This document shows positions 18,064-26,699 of a DNA stretch of 64,000 nucleotides, piece by piece. The notes beneath the pieces were generated by a model, which had not been told where the DNA came from, ran no database searches, and worked only from the letters and a program-made list of their open reading frames with translations. How positions within the stretch are numbered: the first letter of the stretch is position 1; every line of letters starts with the position of its first letter. A program made the translations under genes and the position numbers. The stretch lies in the IMG/VR virus record IMGVR_UViG_3300037484_000235, positions 32,001 to 96,000 of that record, one strand, 5' to 3'. The DNA is from a virus. Lineage: Duplodnaviria; Caudoviricetes.

Positions 18064-18284
18064 GGTGCGATCTCTCGCCGGAAATACACACCATGCCGAT
18101 TGAGAGGTGTGTACGGCTTGTCCAACACTGGACGGTTGTCGACGGGCTTGGGGGCCTTCGAAGCCTTGTCCAACTTCACAACGTAGAGCATCGCCCCACG
18201 GTCGATGGGATGAATAGTGGAAATCACGGTCCCCGTCCCTCGTGGTGTACTCACAGTGGAACCAATCGATAGTCGTGTCTTCAT
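18057..18284 (-). CDS. hypothetical (SH3-like beta) protein
   Basis: IGSTVSTPRGTGTV pattern. Confidence 0.5.
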   Translation of the reverse strand: MKTRLSIGSTVSTPRGTGTVISTIHPIDRGAMLYVVKLDKASKAPKPVDNRPVLDKPYTPLNRHGVYFRREIAPC

Positions 18285-18613
18285 GGGGTCTCTCCGCAGG
18301 CCGGGCAGTTGTCTCGAAACTCCAGGAGGTCACCACAGTGCGAGCACACGGGCTCTACAGGCGGCACGAAGCCCTGGCAGGCTGCGATGAGTCCCACGGC
18401 CTCTACGACGCGTATAACGCTTCCCAGGCGCAGTACGACGTACGTGCGGACGTTGGACAGGTGTCCCGCCACGATGACGATGGCATCGCCTTCGTCGAAC
18501 ACCCAGGCTTGGGTTTCAGCCCAAGAGCCTGTGCGGGGGTCTCGGTAGCGCACATCTCGTGTAGCTGAGGAAATCTCAGAGTGCTTGACCAGTCGGAGAT
18601 TGGTAGGTGTCAT
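18281..18613 (-). CDS. hypothetical protein with C-terminal Zn ribbon
   Basis: CSHCG...CPACG. Confidence 0.6.
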   Translation of the reverse strand: MTPTNLRLVKHSEISSATRDVRYRDPRTGSWAETQAWVFDEGDAIVIVAGHLSNVRTYVVLRLGSVIRVVEAVGLIAACQGFVPPVEPVCSHCGDLLEFRDNCPACGETP

Positions 18614-18840
18614 GACGTGCTCTTGCAGTACTCTCCGACCGACATGCCTGCACGGATTGCGGCACGGGCCGTTGCCGCCACAAGCTCGAACCACAGCTTG
18701 CGCACAATGCGGGCCTCGTGGTCTGCCTGGTCCGCTACACGACTCGCCTCACACTCAGGACAGGTGGTGAAGTTGTGCGATGCGCCGACTACAGCTACAT
18801 GCGCCAGTGAGGGATTCGGCGTGATGACAGGGGTGTTCAT
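18610..18840 (-). CDS. hypothetical protein
   Basis: first ORF after promoter 18858-18887. Confidence 0.7.
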   Translation of the reverse strand: MNTPVITPNPSLAHVAVVGASHNFTTCPECEASRVADQADHEARIVRKLWFELVAATARAAIRAGMSVGEYCKSTS

Positions 18841-18857
18841 GATGTCCTCACCTGTGT

Positions 18858-18887
18858 AACTGGCGAGACTCAGCCGATTACACGATT
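18858..18887 (-). promoter_or_regulatory. repeated promoter AATCGTGTAA-N16-AGTT
   Basis: motif read directly. Confidence 0.75.
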
Positions 18888-19090
18888 CAACGGGCCTTCT
18901 TTTGGAGGCAGTCCCTCAGCCGGGCATCCGCTTCCAGGTAGGCAGCAAAGGCCGCCCCCACGTCCTTGAGGAGAGGTTGAATCTCCGGATCCTCGGGAGT
19001 CACGGAGGCAGCCAGGAAATCAGGACGTACCGCATCCGAAAGGAAAAGAGCACTGAAGTGGGGGGTATCCATGGTGTTAGGGCGGGTCAT
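18887..19090 (-). CDS. hypothetical protein
   Basis: start MTRPNT, ATGA overlap. Confidence 0.6.
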   Translation of the reverse strand: MTRPNTMDTPHFSALFLSDAVRPDFLAASVTPEDPEIQPLLKDVGAAFAAYLEADARLRDCLQKKAR

Positions 19091-19269
19091 GCGCAGGGCT
19101 CTACTCGTGCAGTGAAGGACCGTCCGAGGCGTACCAGGGCGTTCTCTGCGCCTCGCAGCGTGCGGTAGACTCGTGCGGAGTACCCGCCGGGCCCGATGAG
19201 GTGTGTCCACTCCCCTGTGGTAGCGAGCACCAGTGCTGGATTCACCGTGGAGCGCAGGATGTAGATCAC
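19087..19269 (-). CDS. hypothetical protein
   Basis: GTG start VIYILRS. Confidence 0.55.
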   Translation of the reverse strand: MIYILRSTVNPALVLATTGEWTHLIGPGGYSARVYRTLRGAENALVRLGRSFTARVEPCA

Positions 19270-19273
19270 TTGC

Positions 19274-19390
19274 TTACCAGAACTTTGCGATGAAGTGATA
19301 GAGGACCATGGCAATAGTGCTGAAGACTGCCACAGCGACTACGATGGACAGAAGCTCCACCAGTGTGAATCCGGAGTTTCGCTTGATCAT
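19274..19390 (-). CDS. 38-aa prepilin-like peptide (type IV pilin N-terminus only; not in ORF track)
   Basis: MIKRNSG-FTLVELLSIVVAVAVFSTIAMVLYHFIAKFW; basic leader, G/F site, E5, hydrophobic helix; promoter and RBS upstream. Confidence 0.8.
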   Translation of the reverse strand: MIKRNSGFTLVELLSIVVAVAVFSTIAMVLYHFIAKFW

Positions 19391-19416
19391 TGGATGTGTG
19401 TTCCTCTCACCTAAGT

Positions 19417-19446
19417 AACGAGTGGGGCCTTGTGGATTACACGATT
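19417..19446 (-). promoter_or_regulatory. repeated promoter AATCGTGTAA-N16-CGTT (extra upstream box at 19469-19478)
   Basis: motif read directly. Confidence 0.85.
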
Positions 19447-19477
19447 TCGGAGGATTTCGCGCAGTGGATTACACGAT

Positions 19478-19711
19478 TCAGTGACGGCAGAGATTGGCAA
19501 GCCTCAGGATTGCGGCCTGAAGGTCAAGTCCATGCCCCTGGCCATCTGCCTCCTCGTTTCGCGCTACTACAAAACCCCCGCGTCCAGCTACGAATCCACC
19601 AGTATGGTATGCGATCATAGGGAGGGTACGAGAGGCCGACACGTCGATGTCCTCGATGGCCTTGAGCAAGGCCAGGGCATTCTTGATTCTTTCCGCAGTG
19701 GGCTTGGTCAT
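19478..19711 (-). CDS. hypothetical protein
   Basis: 77 aa. Confidence 0.55.
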   Translation of the reverse strand: MTKPTAERIKNALALLKAIEDIDVSASRTLPMIAYHTGGFVAGRGGFVVARNEEADGQGHGLDLQAAILRLANLCRH

Positions 19712-19719
19712 GGGTATCC

Positions 19720-20001
19720 TCAGGTCCCGGAGAGACCGGCGTCCTTCGCAATCAGGTAGGCAACTCGTAGTGCTCGGTTGGAGGCGTCCATGTGGTCGGC
19801 ACGGGTGTCCTGGGTGAGGCTCTTCGCGAAGACCATCCCAGAGACGTAGTCGGGACCGTCTGAGCTGTGCCGGGCGATGACCGTGCTGCCGGTAGCTTGC
19901 TTGCAGTGGTAGAGGTCATGCTTCTCGTACGTTCCGAGGAACGTGCAGACTTCGCAGTCGTGATCGAACTTGGGGTTCCCCGTGTCAGGTAGCTTTTTCA
20001 T
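19720..20001 (-). CDS. hypothetical protein
   Basis: start MKKLPDT; HDCEVCTFLG..DLYHC. Confidence 0.6.
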   Translation of the reverse strand: MKKLPDTGNPKFDHDCEVCTFLGTYEKHDLYHCKQATGSTVIARHSSDGPDYVSGMVFAKSLTQDTRADHMDASNRALRVAYLIAKDAGLSGT

Positions 20002-20123
20002 GGCACCCCCATGACTTTCTGGAGAGCAAGAATGACGACCTCTACCAGCATCACGACCAGGATGAAGCCGAGCACCATCCCGAATCCGATCTCTATCTTG
20101 AGCATCAGCGTCTTGATTTTCAT
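19998..20123 (-). CDS. 41-aa single-TM peptide
   Basis: MKIKTLMLKIEIGFGMVLGFILVVMLVEVVILALQKVMGVP; coupled at both ends. Confidence 0.55.
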   Translation of the reverse strand: MKIKTLMLKIEIGFGMVLGFILVVMLVEVVILALQKVMGVP

Positions 20124-20410
20124 GCCGTCTCCGAGTGTCGTGCGAACCAGTCCTTGAGCCAGAGCCACCGACCCGCATTGGCATGGGTCGAGGCCGCCTG
20201 CTTGGCTTCCTTGCGGCTGTTGAACGTGCCGTTTTGGAGGACCCCATCGATCCGAAGTCTCCACTTGCGAGTGTAGCCCGTCTCGACGCCCCACGTAGTC
20301 TCAATGAGGTAGGGGCCGCAGACTCGGGCATCACCGTCTTCGACCGAGACGACAGGGATGCGCTCCCAGACGAGCTTGGGGTACGAGCGAACGGCTGGGA
20401 TGGTGGTCAT
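20120..20410 (-). CDS. hypothetical protein
   Basis: first ORF after promoter. Confidence 0.7.
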   Translation of the reverse strand: MTTIPAVRSYPKLVWERIPVVSVEDGDARVCGPYLIETTWGVETGYTRKWRLRIDGVLQNGTFNSRKEAKQAASTHANAGRWLWLKDWFARHSETA

Positions 20411-20430
20411 GGTGGTTCTCTCACCTGTAT

Positions 20431-20460
20431 AACGGGCGAGTGGACCGGGATTACACGATT
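20431..20460 (-). promoter_or_regulatory. repeated promoter AATCGTGTAA-N16-CGTT
   Basis: motif read directly. Confidence 0.85.
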
Positions 20461-20511
20461 TCGGTCACTCCGTGTCTTCCGGCCAGGGATTGATCTGAAT
20501 TCCACGCACCC

Positions 20512-21051
20512 TCACTGAAATACAACCCCGCCGTGATCCCCAGCGTTGATGAGGGATACCTCCCACTTCTCGCACCACCGAAGGAACGCATCCCCGTGGC
20601 TATATGGGACCAAGCCAATCGAACTTGTGGCTTCTCCCATAGGCAGGGCGTTGGCGTAGCTGCGGATGACCCCAGCATGCTCTGCGAAGTCACGGGCAAG
20701 ACTCACGCAGTGGTCTCCACCAATCACACCCTCGCAGTCAGACATGGCAATCAGCCAGCCGAATGCCCGTTCGAAGACACTCGGGTCCGTCCATGTGAGA
20801 TGGTTGAACGCTGTGCAATCCATGCCGTGGATTGCCTGGGTAAGATGATCTCTCATCCTGGAATGACCCATGTAGGAGATGCTCGCGCCAGGCCAACGTT
20901 TCTCGGCCGTATAGAGCCCCGTCACCAAGCCCCCAGCGTTGCGGACGAAGTTGGGGTTGACGTAGACCCATACCTGGCCGTCGACTTCATTGAAGTGGTC
21001 AGTTGCCCGAGCCAACTGGAGTCCGCTGTACACCGTTGTGTCTAGTCCCAT
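20512..21051 (-). CDS. hypothetical protein
   Basis: 179 aa; SDCEG.IG motif. Confidence 0.65.
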   Translation of the reverse strand: MGLDTTVYSGLQLARATDHFNEVDGQVWVYVNPNFVRNAGGLVTGLYTAEKRWPGASISYMGHSRMRDHLTQAIHGMDCTAFNHLTWTDPSVFERAFGWLIAMSDCEGVIGGDHCVSLARDFAEHAGVIRSYANALPMGEATSSIGLVPYSHGDAFLRWCEKWEVSLINAGDHGGVVFQ

Positions 21052-21062
21052 GACGTGTTCTC

Positions 21063-21311
21063 TTACTCGATTTCGATTTTGGTGCGCTTGGCATCGTAAG
21101 CATATGCCGCCTGTGTGATCGCCAAGTTACCTACGGAGCACGCGACTCGCAGGTCATCAGCTGCCTTGAGGGCGTCAAAGACTGCATCCAGGTCATTGTA
21201 GACATTGAACTCCCTACGCTGGGCCTGTGCCTTCTGTTTGATGGTGCGTCCAACCGACTCCGTGGCGAAGTACTTACGGATGATGGCTCGAAACTGATTG
21301 TGTGTTGTCAT
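21063..21311 (-). CDS. hypothetical protein
   Basis: 82 aa. Confidence 0.6.
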   Translation of the reverse strand: MTTHNQFRAIIRKYFATESVGRTIKQKAQAQRREFNVYNDLDAVFDALKAADDLRVACSVGNLAITQAAYAYDAKRTKIEIE

Positions 21312-21365
21312 GCGATGCGCTCGTTGGTGGTCCCAGGCTTGATGAGACCATGAGGACTACACGAT

Positions 21366-21815
21366 TCACCAGAGATCTTCCGAGTAGAGAATCTTTCCGA
21401 TGGGGTAGCCTGGGTCTCTCAAAGGCTGCTTTGCGGCCTTGGCAAGCTTAGCCGCTACCCCACGCGTCACATACCGCCCGTGACTTGTTACGAAGCCCTG
21501 GCTCCTGCCCTGAACATTGAGAGAGTGCAGCCCCAAATGGAACAGTCGCTGCCGCATGATTGTGTCGTGTCGACCGGGGCGTCTAATGCTCCAAATCTCC
21601 CCATCGATACGCATGGCCGCTTGAAAGACAGTCTCTACTTCCCCAGGAAGCACGGGGTGCTCAAGCATTTCCCCCACGGGTGTGCGGCTCAAGAGCAGGG
21701 TGCGACCGCATCCCGCACAGGCGCCGCAGTAGCCATGGTCTACAGCCGGGCCCGTGTTGCCCGTGCCCGAACAGTGCAGGCAGGGGATGCCATAGGTCTT
21801 CAGGTAGGGGTTCAC
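21366..21815 (-). CDS. conserved phage protein (QGF.TS.GR...SEDLW family) with N-terminal Cys-rich repeat
   Basis: CLHCSGTG..CGACAGCG; RPGRHD; QGFVTSHGRYV; LYSEDLW. Confidence 0.65.
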   Translation of the reverse strand: MNPYLKTYGIPCLHCSGTGNTGPAVDHGYCGACAGCGRTLLLSRTPVGEMLEHPVLPGEVETVFQAAMRIDGEIWSIRRPGRHDTIMRQRLFHLGLHSLNVQGRSQGFVTSHGRYVTRGVAAKLAKAAKQPLRDPGYPIGKILYSEDLW

Positions 21816-22135
21816 AGCATAGCCTCTATCACCAGGGCCCTGAGATCCACCTTGGAGAAACCATTGGGGGCAACGACGTATACACCCTCAGGGGTCTCCA
21901 GCAGGTCACCCACCGAAGTCGAGCGCGGGCTCTGGAGGGTCAGCATCTTCACACCGTCCGCCTTGGACCAATCCGAATCAATGTGCTGGCTGGCCTTGAA
22001 GGCATCTCCAAGAGATGGAACCTCCAGAACGGCCACCGCATCGAAGTTCACGAGAGGCGCGACCTCACCGCACGAGACAGCCCAGCGAACGTTCCTACTC
22101 GCATCCGACCGAAGGTGAAAGACTGTGACTCGCAT
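21812..22135 (-). CDS. YodL-like domain protein
   Basis: RSTSVGDLL....YVVAPNGF motif. Confidence 0.55.
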   Translation of the reverse strand: MRVTVFHLRSDASRNVRWAVSCGEVAPLVNFDAVAVLEVPSLGDAFKASQHIDSDWSKADGVKMLTLQSPRSTSVGDLLETPEGVYVVAPNGFSKVDLRALVIEAML

Positions 22136-22154
22136 GTGTGTTCCTCACCGGTGT

Positions 22155-22184
22155 AACGCTTGGCCTACCATCGATTACACGATT
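22155..22184 (-). promoter_or_regulatory. repeated promoter AATCGTGTAA-N16-CGTT
   Basis: motif read directly. Confidence 0.85.
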
Positions 22185-22193
22185 GCGTGTACG

Positions 22194-22511
22194 TCACTTA
22201 CACCTGATGATGGAGACTTTCACCAGACGGCCGAATGACGCACGCTGCGTACGTGCAATCGAGCGGGCGAGGTCCATCCGCTGCCTTCGCTTCTCGCGGA
22301 AGATGAGGCGCCAGGGCTTGTCGATGATGAGTTTGTTGATCTCCTCCTGGACGCGCTGCTCCCGCTCGGCATCGGTCATCAGGTCGGACCACATCGCCAC
22401 CGACGCTCGCCGGATTGCCGTGATGCGGCAATGCAGTTCCACATCACGGCTCTGCTCCGCCCTCTTGAGTTGACGCGCCCACCGACGGCGCTTCTTCGAC
22501 GCAATGCTCAC
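22194..22511 (-). CDS. hypothetical basic protein
   Basis: 105 aa coupled. Confidence 0.55.
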   Translation of the reverse strand: MSIASKKRRRWARQLKRAEQSRDVELHCRITAIRRASVAMWSDLMTDAEREQRVQEEINKLIIDKPWRLIFREKRRQRMDLARSIARTQRASFGRLVKVSIIRCK

Positions 22512-23248
22512 AGACAGGGGTCCCCGCAGTTAGCACAGCCCCCATTGATACCGCGTCGTTCGTTGTTGCAGCACGCCGCATCGGGCTTGTTCGGGTCGTT
22601 CTGAGCGTCAAGGGCTTCTTGCCCCGTCAGACGCGGGTTGTACTCGTTGTACACCTGACGGTACGTACCATCCGCCTGTAGAACGTACCCGTCGGACTCC
22701 AGATCTGCATGCAGCAGATCACGGTCCTGCTTGCGCATCGCAAGCACATAGGGGTGGGTGTCCATATTGCGGCGAAGCCACCCCTCATGGTGCTCCCCCG
22801 CCCCAAGTCGTCCCTCCCCACTCCCGTGCCGCCCTGCAAAGAAGCTGAGGGCCCGGCGCAGCATCTTCTCCTGGTCTGCCAGGAACGAGAGGGCGTCATC
22901 CCGGGTCTGACCCCGCACAGGACACACAGCCATGCGTGCTGCATCCACCACGGCCCACAGCTGCTCCCAGACCTCCGGGTGACAGTCTGGACGCTCTGGC
23001 CCCGCACCGGCCTTCACCTTCCCGTAGGTGGCAAGGGAGGGACCGTCGCCGTTCGTGAGATCACCAAGCCGTGCAAGGAGCGCGGCCTTCGCCGTGGCAG
23101 CTCGCTCCACCTTCTCCGCAGGGGTGAGTGCCCGGTGCCGCCAGCACTTGCCGTCGTACTTGCCAGGCAGCTTGCACCCGTCGGAGATGGTGCCTCGCCC
23201 CACATGCTCCATGCAGTCGGGAACAGTCTTCTTCTTGGTCTTAGTCAT
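22508..23248 (-). CDS. hypothetical protein
   Basis: 246 aa, Cys motifs at both ends; first after promoter. Confidence 0.7.
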   Translation of the reverse strand: MTKTKKKTVPDCMEHVGRGTISDGCKLPGKYDGKCWRHRALTPAEKVERAATAKAALLARLGDLTNGDGPSLATYGKVKAGAGPERPDCHPEVWEQLWAVVDAARMAVCPVRGQTRDDALSFLADQEKMLRRALSFFAGRHGSGEGRLGAGEHHEGWLRRNMDTHPYVLAMRKQDRDLLHADLESDGYVLQADGTYRQVYNEYNPRLTGQEALDAQNDPNKPDAACCNNERRGINGGCANCGDPCL

Positions 23249-23267
23249 GTATCTTCCTCACCAGTGT

Positions 23268-23297
23268 AACGGGCGGGACTCAGCCGATTACACGATT
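23268..23297 (-). promoter_or_regulatory. repeated promoter AATCGTGTAA-N16-CGTT
   Basis: 28/30 identical to 18858-18887. Confidence 0.85.
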
Positions 23298-23311
23298 GCC
23301 CTAGGTCGTAT

Positions 23312-23536
23312 TCATCGACCCCTTGCTGACACACCATTGAGCAGATCGGCTGCTTCACGGAGTGATTCCGCATGGTGGTAGTTTGAGTTCTCGTCACGAT
23401 CCGCTTGGTTCAGGAGGCGTTCCTGTGCAGCAAACACACCCATCTGCCACGCTTCGTGGAGAGCGCGACGGAACTCGCGCTTTGTCTTCGGTAGCGTCGC
23501 TAGTGCGTCGCCGTACTTGGGTAGCGGCTTGGTCAT
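23312..23536 (-). CDS. hypothetical protein
   Basis: 74 aa after promoter. Confidence 0.65.
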   Translation of the reverse strand: MTKPLPKYGDALATLPKTKREFRRALHEAWQMGVFAAQERLLNQADRDENSNYHHAESLREAADLLNGVSARGR

Positions 23537-23555
23537 GGGTTTTCCTCACCAAGGT

Positions 23556-23585
23556 AACGGATGGCCTTTTGCGAAGTACACGATT
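23556..23585 (-). promoter_or_regulatory. promoter variant AATCGTGTAC-N16-CGTT
   Basis: motif read directly. Confidence 0.75.
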
Positions 23586-23587
23586 CC

Positions 23588-24367
23588 TCAGGCTGTGCTC
23601 TTCTCGATGAAGAGCACGCAGGTGTTGACGAGGGTGCCGCTCTCCCGGAATGACCCAGGGTGCAAGTCGGTGATTGTGCCCCCCGCCTCACTCACCCAAG
23701 TACGGAACTCCGCATGCCGCCGATCCTGACGGAAGAGAACGCTAGAGGGCAGGACACACACGAGGATGCCACCTACCTTGAGGAGTCGGTACGCGAGCCG
23801 AGCGTGGTCAAGATGATCATTCAGGTTGATCTTGCAGAACGGGGGGTTCATCACCACACGATCGAACTCAGGCGTGAATACGCTGCCCCCAAATCCCATT
23901 TCCATGAAGTCATCGATCGGAGACACATCACATACGTCAGGGAATGTCTTGACGAGGTGGTGCCGCATCTTCTGATCGCGCTCAATGGCCCACACCTTCC
24001 CGGCGCCAGCTGCGATCAACGCACGTACGATGTTTCCAGTTCCAGCACTGGGCTCTAGACAGATGTGTCCAGATTCAACTCCTGCCATGCCCACCAGTTC
24101 GATTGCTAGCTGAGGCGGTGTAGGGAAAAACCCGATGTCCTTGTGCGTCGTGACCTCACCCATGAGGATGGCTTGATCAATGCGTTCTGCCGCATCCCCA
24201 TCAAAGACGTGGGCCTTGGCCTTGCGTTCCCACTTGCCACCTAGGGCTGTGAGCACTTCGTTCACCTTGGTGTAGAGTTTGCGGTCTAGTTGATCAACAA
24301 TGACCGCTTGATTTCCTACGCACTTGACGGTCGACAGGACGATCTGGACTTCGGGAGAGATCTTCAT
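23588..24367 (-). CDS. SAM-dependent (N6-adenine-type) DNA methyltransferase, orphan
   Basis: FFPTP, LEPSAGTG, VVMNPPF, FRESGT. Confidence 0.85.
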   Translation of the reverse strand: MKISPEVQIVLSTVKCVGNQAVIVDQLDRKLYTKVNEVLTALGGKWERKAKAHVFDGDAAERIDQAILMGEVTTHKDIGFFPTPPQLAIELVGMAGVESGHICLEPSAGTGNIVRALIAAGAGKVWAIERDQKMRHHLVKTFPDVCDVSPIDDFMEMGFGGSVFTPEFDRVVMNPPFCKINLNDHLDHARLAYRLLKVGGILVCVLPSSVLFRQDRRHAEFRTWVSEAGGTITDLHPGSFRESGTLVNTCVLFIEKSTA

Positions 24368-24739
24368 TTAGCTGCGTGCTCCAGGATACCGTATGTTGTA
24401 CTTCGTCATGAACTTCGCACGGGACTCTTTGGCTTCCTTTTCGAAGGTCTCCGCTAGTTTTCGAAGAAGGAAGGCCTCATCGGTCTTGCCGTCTGCGAAC
24501 GACTTCCCAGATAGCTCACGGAATCGGGGCCAGAAGTCTTCTTGCATAGAGACCTGGCCCAGTTCGAAGTTCTTAGTCCTCAGGGTTTCGAGAGGGTCCC
24601 CCTCAGACTCATCGCCTAGATCCCCGTTGAGAGCGTTGTTGTGAAAGCCAATCGGACACACGAAATTGACGCAGTGTTCGTAGCTCTGTTCCTCGCACAC
24701 CAAACACTTGGAACTCTTTCCGTCTTTTGCTTTGCTCAC
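24368..24739 (-). CDS. hypothetical protein
   Basis: GTG start overlapping upstream stop. Confidence 0.55.
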   Translation of the reverse strand: MSKAKDGKSSKCLVCEEQSYEHCVNFVCPIGFHNNALNGDLGDESEGDPLETLRTKNFELGQVSMQEDFWPRFRELSGKSFADGKTDEAFLLRKLAETFEKEAKESRAKFMTKYNIRYPGARS

Positions 24740-24999
24740 GTTGGTACCTCTTCCAGGGGCCATGAAATTGCAGGCCAGTAGGCAACGACTCCCTTGCCCA
24801 TATTGTCAGTAGTCGGGCGGAACCCAACCACTGAGGTAAGTTCGCCGGCCTCCACGTTGCTGTGCACGCGGACTGATACACAGAGCCCACCATGCATACC
24901 ACGACCAGAGTAGGGCTCAGGCTCGTATCCTGCGGTATCGAGTGCCACGATGACGGCTTCCAAATCGGAAGCGCGTCCCACATAAAAACGCCTGGTCAT
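24736..24999 (-). CDS. hypothetical protein
   Basis: YSGRGM.G..C motif, common in phage ORFs. Confidence 0.65.
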   Translation of the reverse strand: MTRRFYVGRASDLEAVIVALDTAGYEPEPYSGRGMHGGLCVSVRVHSNVEAGELTSVVGFRPTTDNMGKGVVAYWPAISWPLEEVPT

Positions 25000-25196
25000 C
25001 TGTAGCCTCTGTCGGATAGCTCTTTTCGTACGGACTTCACGGCCTTTAGCCGTGTCTTGTAGGTCTCTTTAGGGACTTCTCGTGTTCCGTCTTCTGTTTC
25101 CGTAAGCCACTCGTATTGACCACAGAGAGACTCTTCCAGGTATGCCTCTAGGCGTCGAAGAACGAAGCGACGTGCTTCTTGGTACTCAGTGCTCAC
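24996..25196 (-). CDS. hypothetical protein
   Basis: 66 aa coupled. Confidence 0.6.
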   Translation of the reverse strand: MSTEYQEARRFVLRRLEAYLEESLCGQYEWLTETEDGTREVPKETYKTRLKAVKSVRKELSDRGYR

Positions 25197-25612
25197 CTGG
25201 TTACCGTTGATTCAGGCGGCGTTGTTTTCCAAGTGTCTCCAGTTGAAAGGTCGGCAATCTTGACCAGATCGGTGGATCGAGCAATGATTCTCTCAAGTGC
25301 AGCTCGCGGGTCATTAGTGTGACCATCTCGGATGTTCATGGCGTCCATCTTGATGCTCTGGGCGCACGAGATGACCTGCATCATGGGAGTATCCTGCTTG
25401 AACACAGGTCCCTCTTCCGGCAGGTCCATCCACTTCTCCCAGTGGACTTCAAGTGCTCGTAGCAGGTGCTGACCCGCCCCGTTCCGCAGTAGAATAGCGA
25501 TTCGAGAGGAGAGGGGGAGTTGCTCCATCCACCGAGTCTTGTCTTCTCTGGTGAGCATGTGCTCGACCAGTTCGATGCTGTGGTGTCCGAAGCCCTTCTT
25601 ATTGGTGGTCAT
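25193..25612 (-). CDS. hypothetical protein
   Basis: start MTTNKKG. Confidence 0.6.
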   Translation of the reverse strand: MTTNKKGFGHHSIELVEHMLTREDKTRWMEQLPLSSRIAILLRNGAGQHLLRALEVHWEKWMDLPEEGPVFKQDTPMMQVISCAQSIKMDAMNIRDGHTNDPRAALERIIARSTDLVKIADLSTGDTWKTTPPESTVTR

Positions 25613-25929
25613 GACGATTTGAATCTGAGTGTGATGGGATCCGTGATCGAGTCCCACTGGTCGTCCAGCCTGTTGAGAAGGGCGCACCGAAGGCACTTAC
25701 GATCTCTCTGACGATTGGTGTCCGTGCACCGGTAGTCGTGCTGCACAATTCCCAGGATGGTCTTAGGATTCTCCAGGAAGAGCACGAGGAAGGCACTCTG
25801 GGCGGCAGCCTCCTTGGCTTCAAGCGCAAGGCGCTCCGCCTTCTCCCGAGCCTCACGATCATCGTTGCGGCGCTTGGCCTCAGCGAAGATCTCCACGTCG
25901 GTGAACTTCTTGATGTCAGCCACGGTCAT
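25609..25929 (-). CDS. hypothetical protein
   Basis: start MTVADIK. Confidence 0.6.
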   Translation of the reverse strand: MTVADIKKFTDVEIFAEAKRRNDDREAREKAERLALEAKEAAAQSAFLVLFLENPKTILGIVQHDYRCTDTNRQRDRKCLRCALLNRLDDQWDSITDPITLRFKSS

Positions 25930-26203
25930 TGATCTCCCTCTGGGCAGTGGACAGCTCGACCGCAGATTCCAGCGCCAACACAGCCTCATCATGCAGGTAC
26001 CTGGGCATCACGCCGAGTCCCTCTTCCACGATCAGCTCCAGGGCTTCCTGCATCTTCAGCATGCGTTCGCGCTCTTGCTTGGTCATCATGGGGGTGTCCA
26101 GTACTTCGGTTGGCCACTCAATGGACGTCGCTGTGCAATCTGCCTTGGGGCCAATCTTGCGTGGTACTCGGAGCGTCTTCGTCCTGGGCTTCTTTTCGGT
26201 CAT
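25916..26203 (-). CDS. hypothetical protein
   Basis: 95 aa. Confidence 0.6.
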   Translation of the reverse strand: MTEKKPRTKTLRVPRKIGPKADCTATSIEWPTEVLDTPMMTKQERERMLKMQEALELIVEEGLGVMPRYLHDEAVLALESAVELSTAQREINDRG

Positions 26204-26211
26204 GACAATTC

Positions 26212-26433
26212 TCAGCGTCGATGGGGGTAATACATTCGAAGATACTTCTCAGAGATGCGCCATGGTTGAACGCTTCTTGGGGGTGGATTTACGCTCTCCA
26301 CCAGAAGCATCCCTTGCTCGTTGGGCTCGTACTCCGGGAATTTCCCACAAGTTCCTACGATGATCACACCGGATGAGGAATCCACTCCTGGCTCCCATCT
26401 TTGACCAACCTGGAGTTCCTCAGGATCCGTCAT
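26212..26433 (-). CDS. hypothetical protein
   Basis: 73 aa. Confidence 0.55.
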   Translation of the reverse strand: MTDPEELQVGQRWEPGVDSSSGVIIVGTCGKFPEYEPNEQGMLLVESVNPPPRSVQPWRISEKYLRMYYPHRR

Positions 26434-26699
26434 CGCTTGGACATCCTAACGGGTGATTTCTTCTTGACGGGCATCCCGCCGCGAATGGTGAGCACCTTGC
26501 CGTGTAGGTTGCTCAGAGCTTCAATCGGCGTGTCCCCCTGTGCCTGTGTGTTGACGATGTTCTGCCAACCCGCGCTGGACAACACGGTGTAGCCAGCGTA
26601 CCAAAACAGGACACCCTTCTTGTCGATCACAGGACCGAGCTTTACCCGACGGCGAGTCATCCAGGCAAACCACTCAGCCTCAGTCTTGGGTGTCTTCAT
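26430..26699 (-). CDS. hypothetical protein
   Basis: 89 aa coupled. Confidence 0.6.
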   Translation of the reverse strand: MKTPKTEAEWFAWMTRRRVKLGPVIDKKGVLFWYAGYTVLSSAGWQNIVNTQAQGDTPIEALSNLHGKVLTIRGGMPVKKKSPVRMSKR

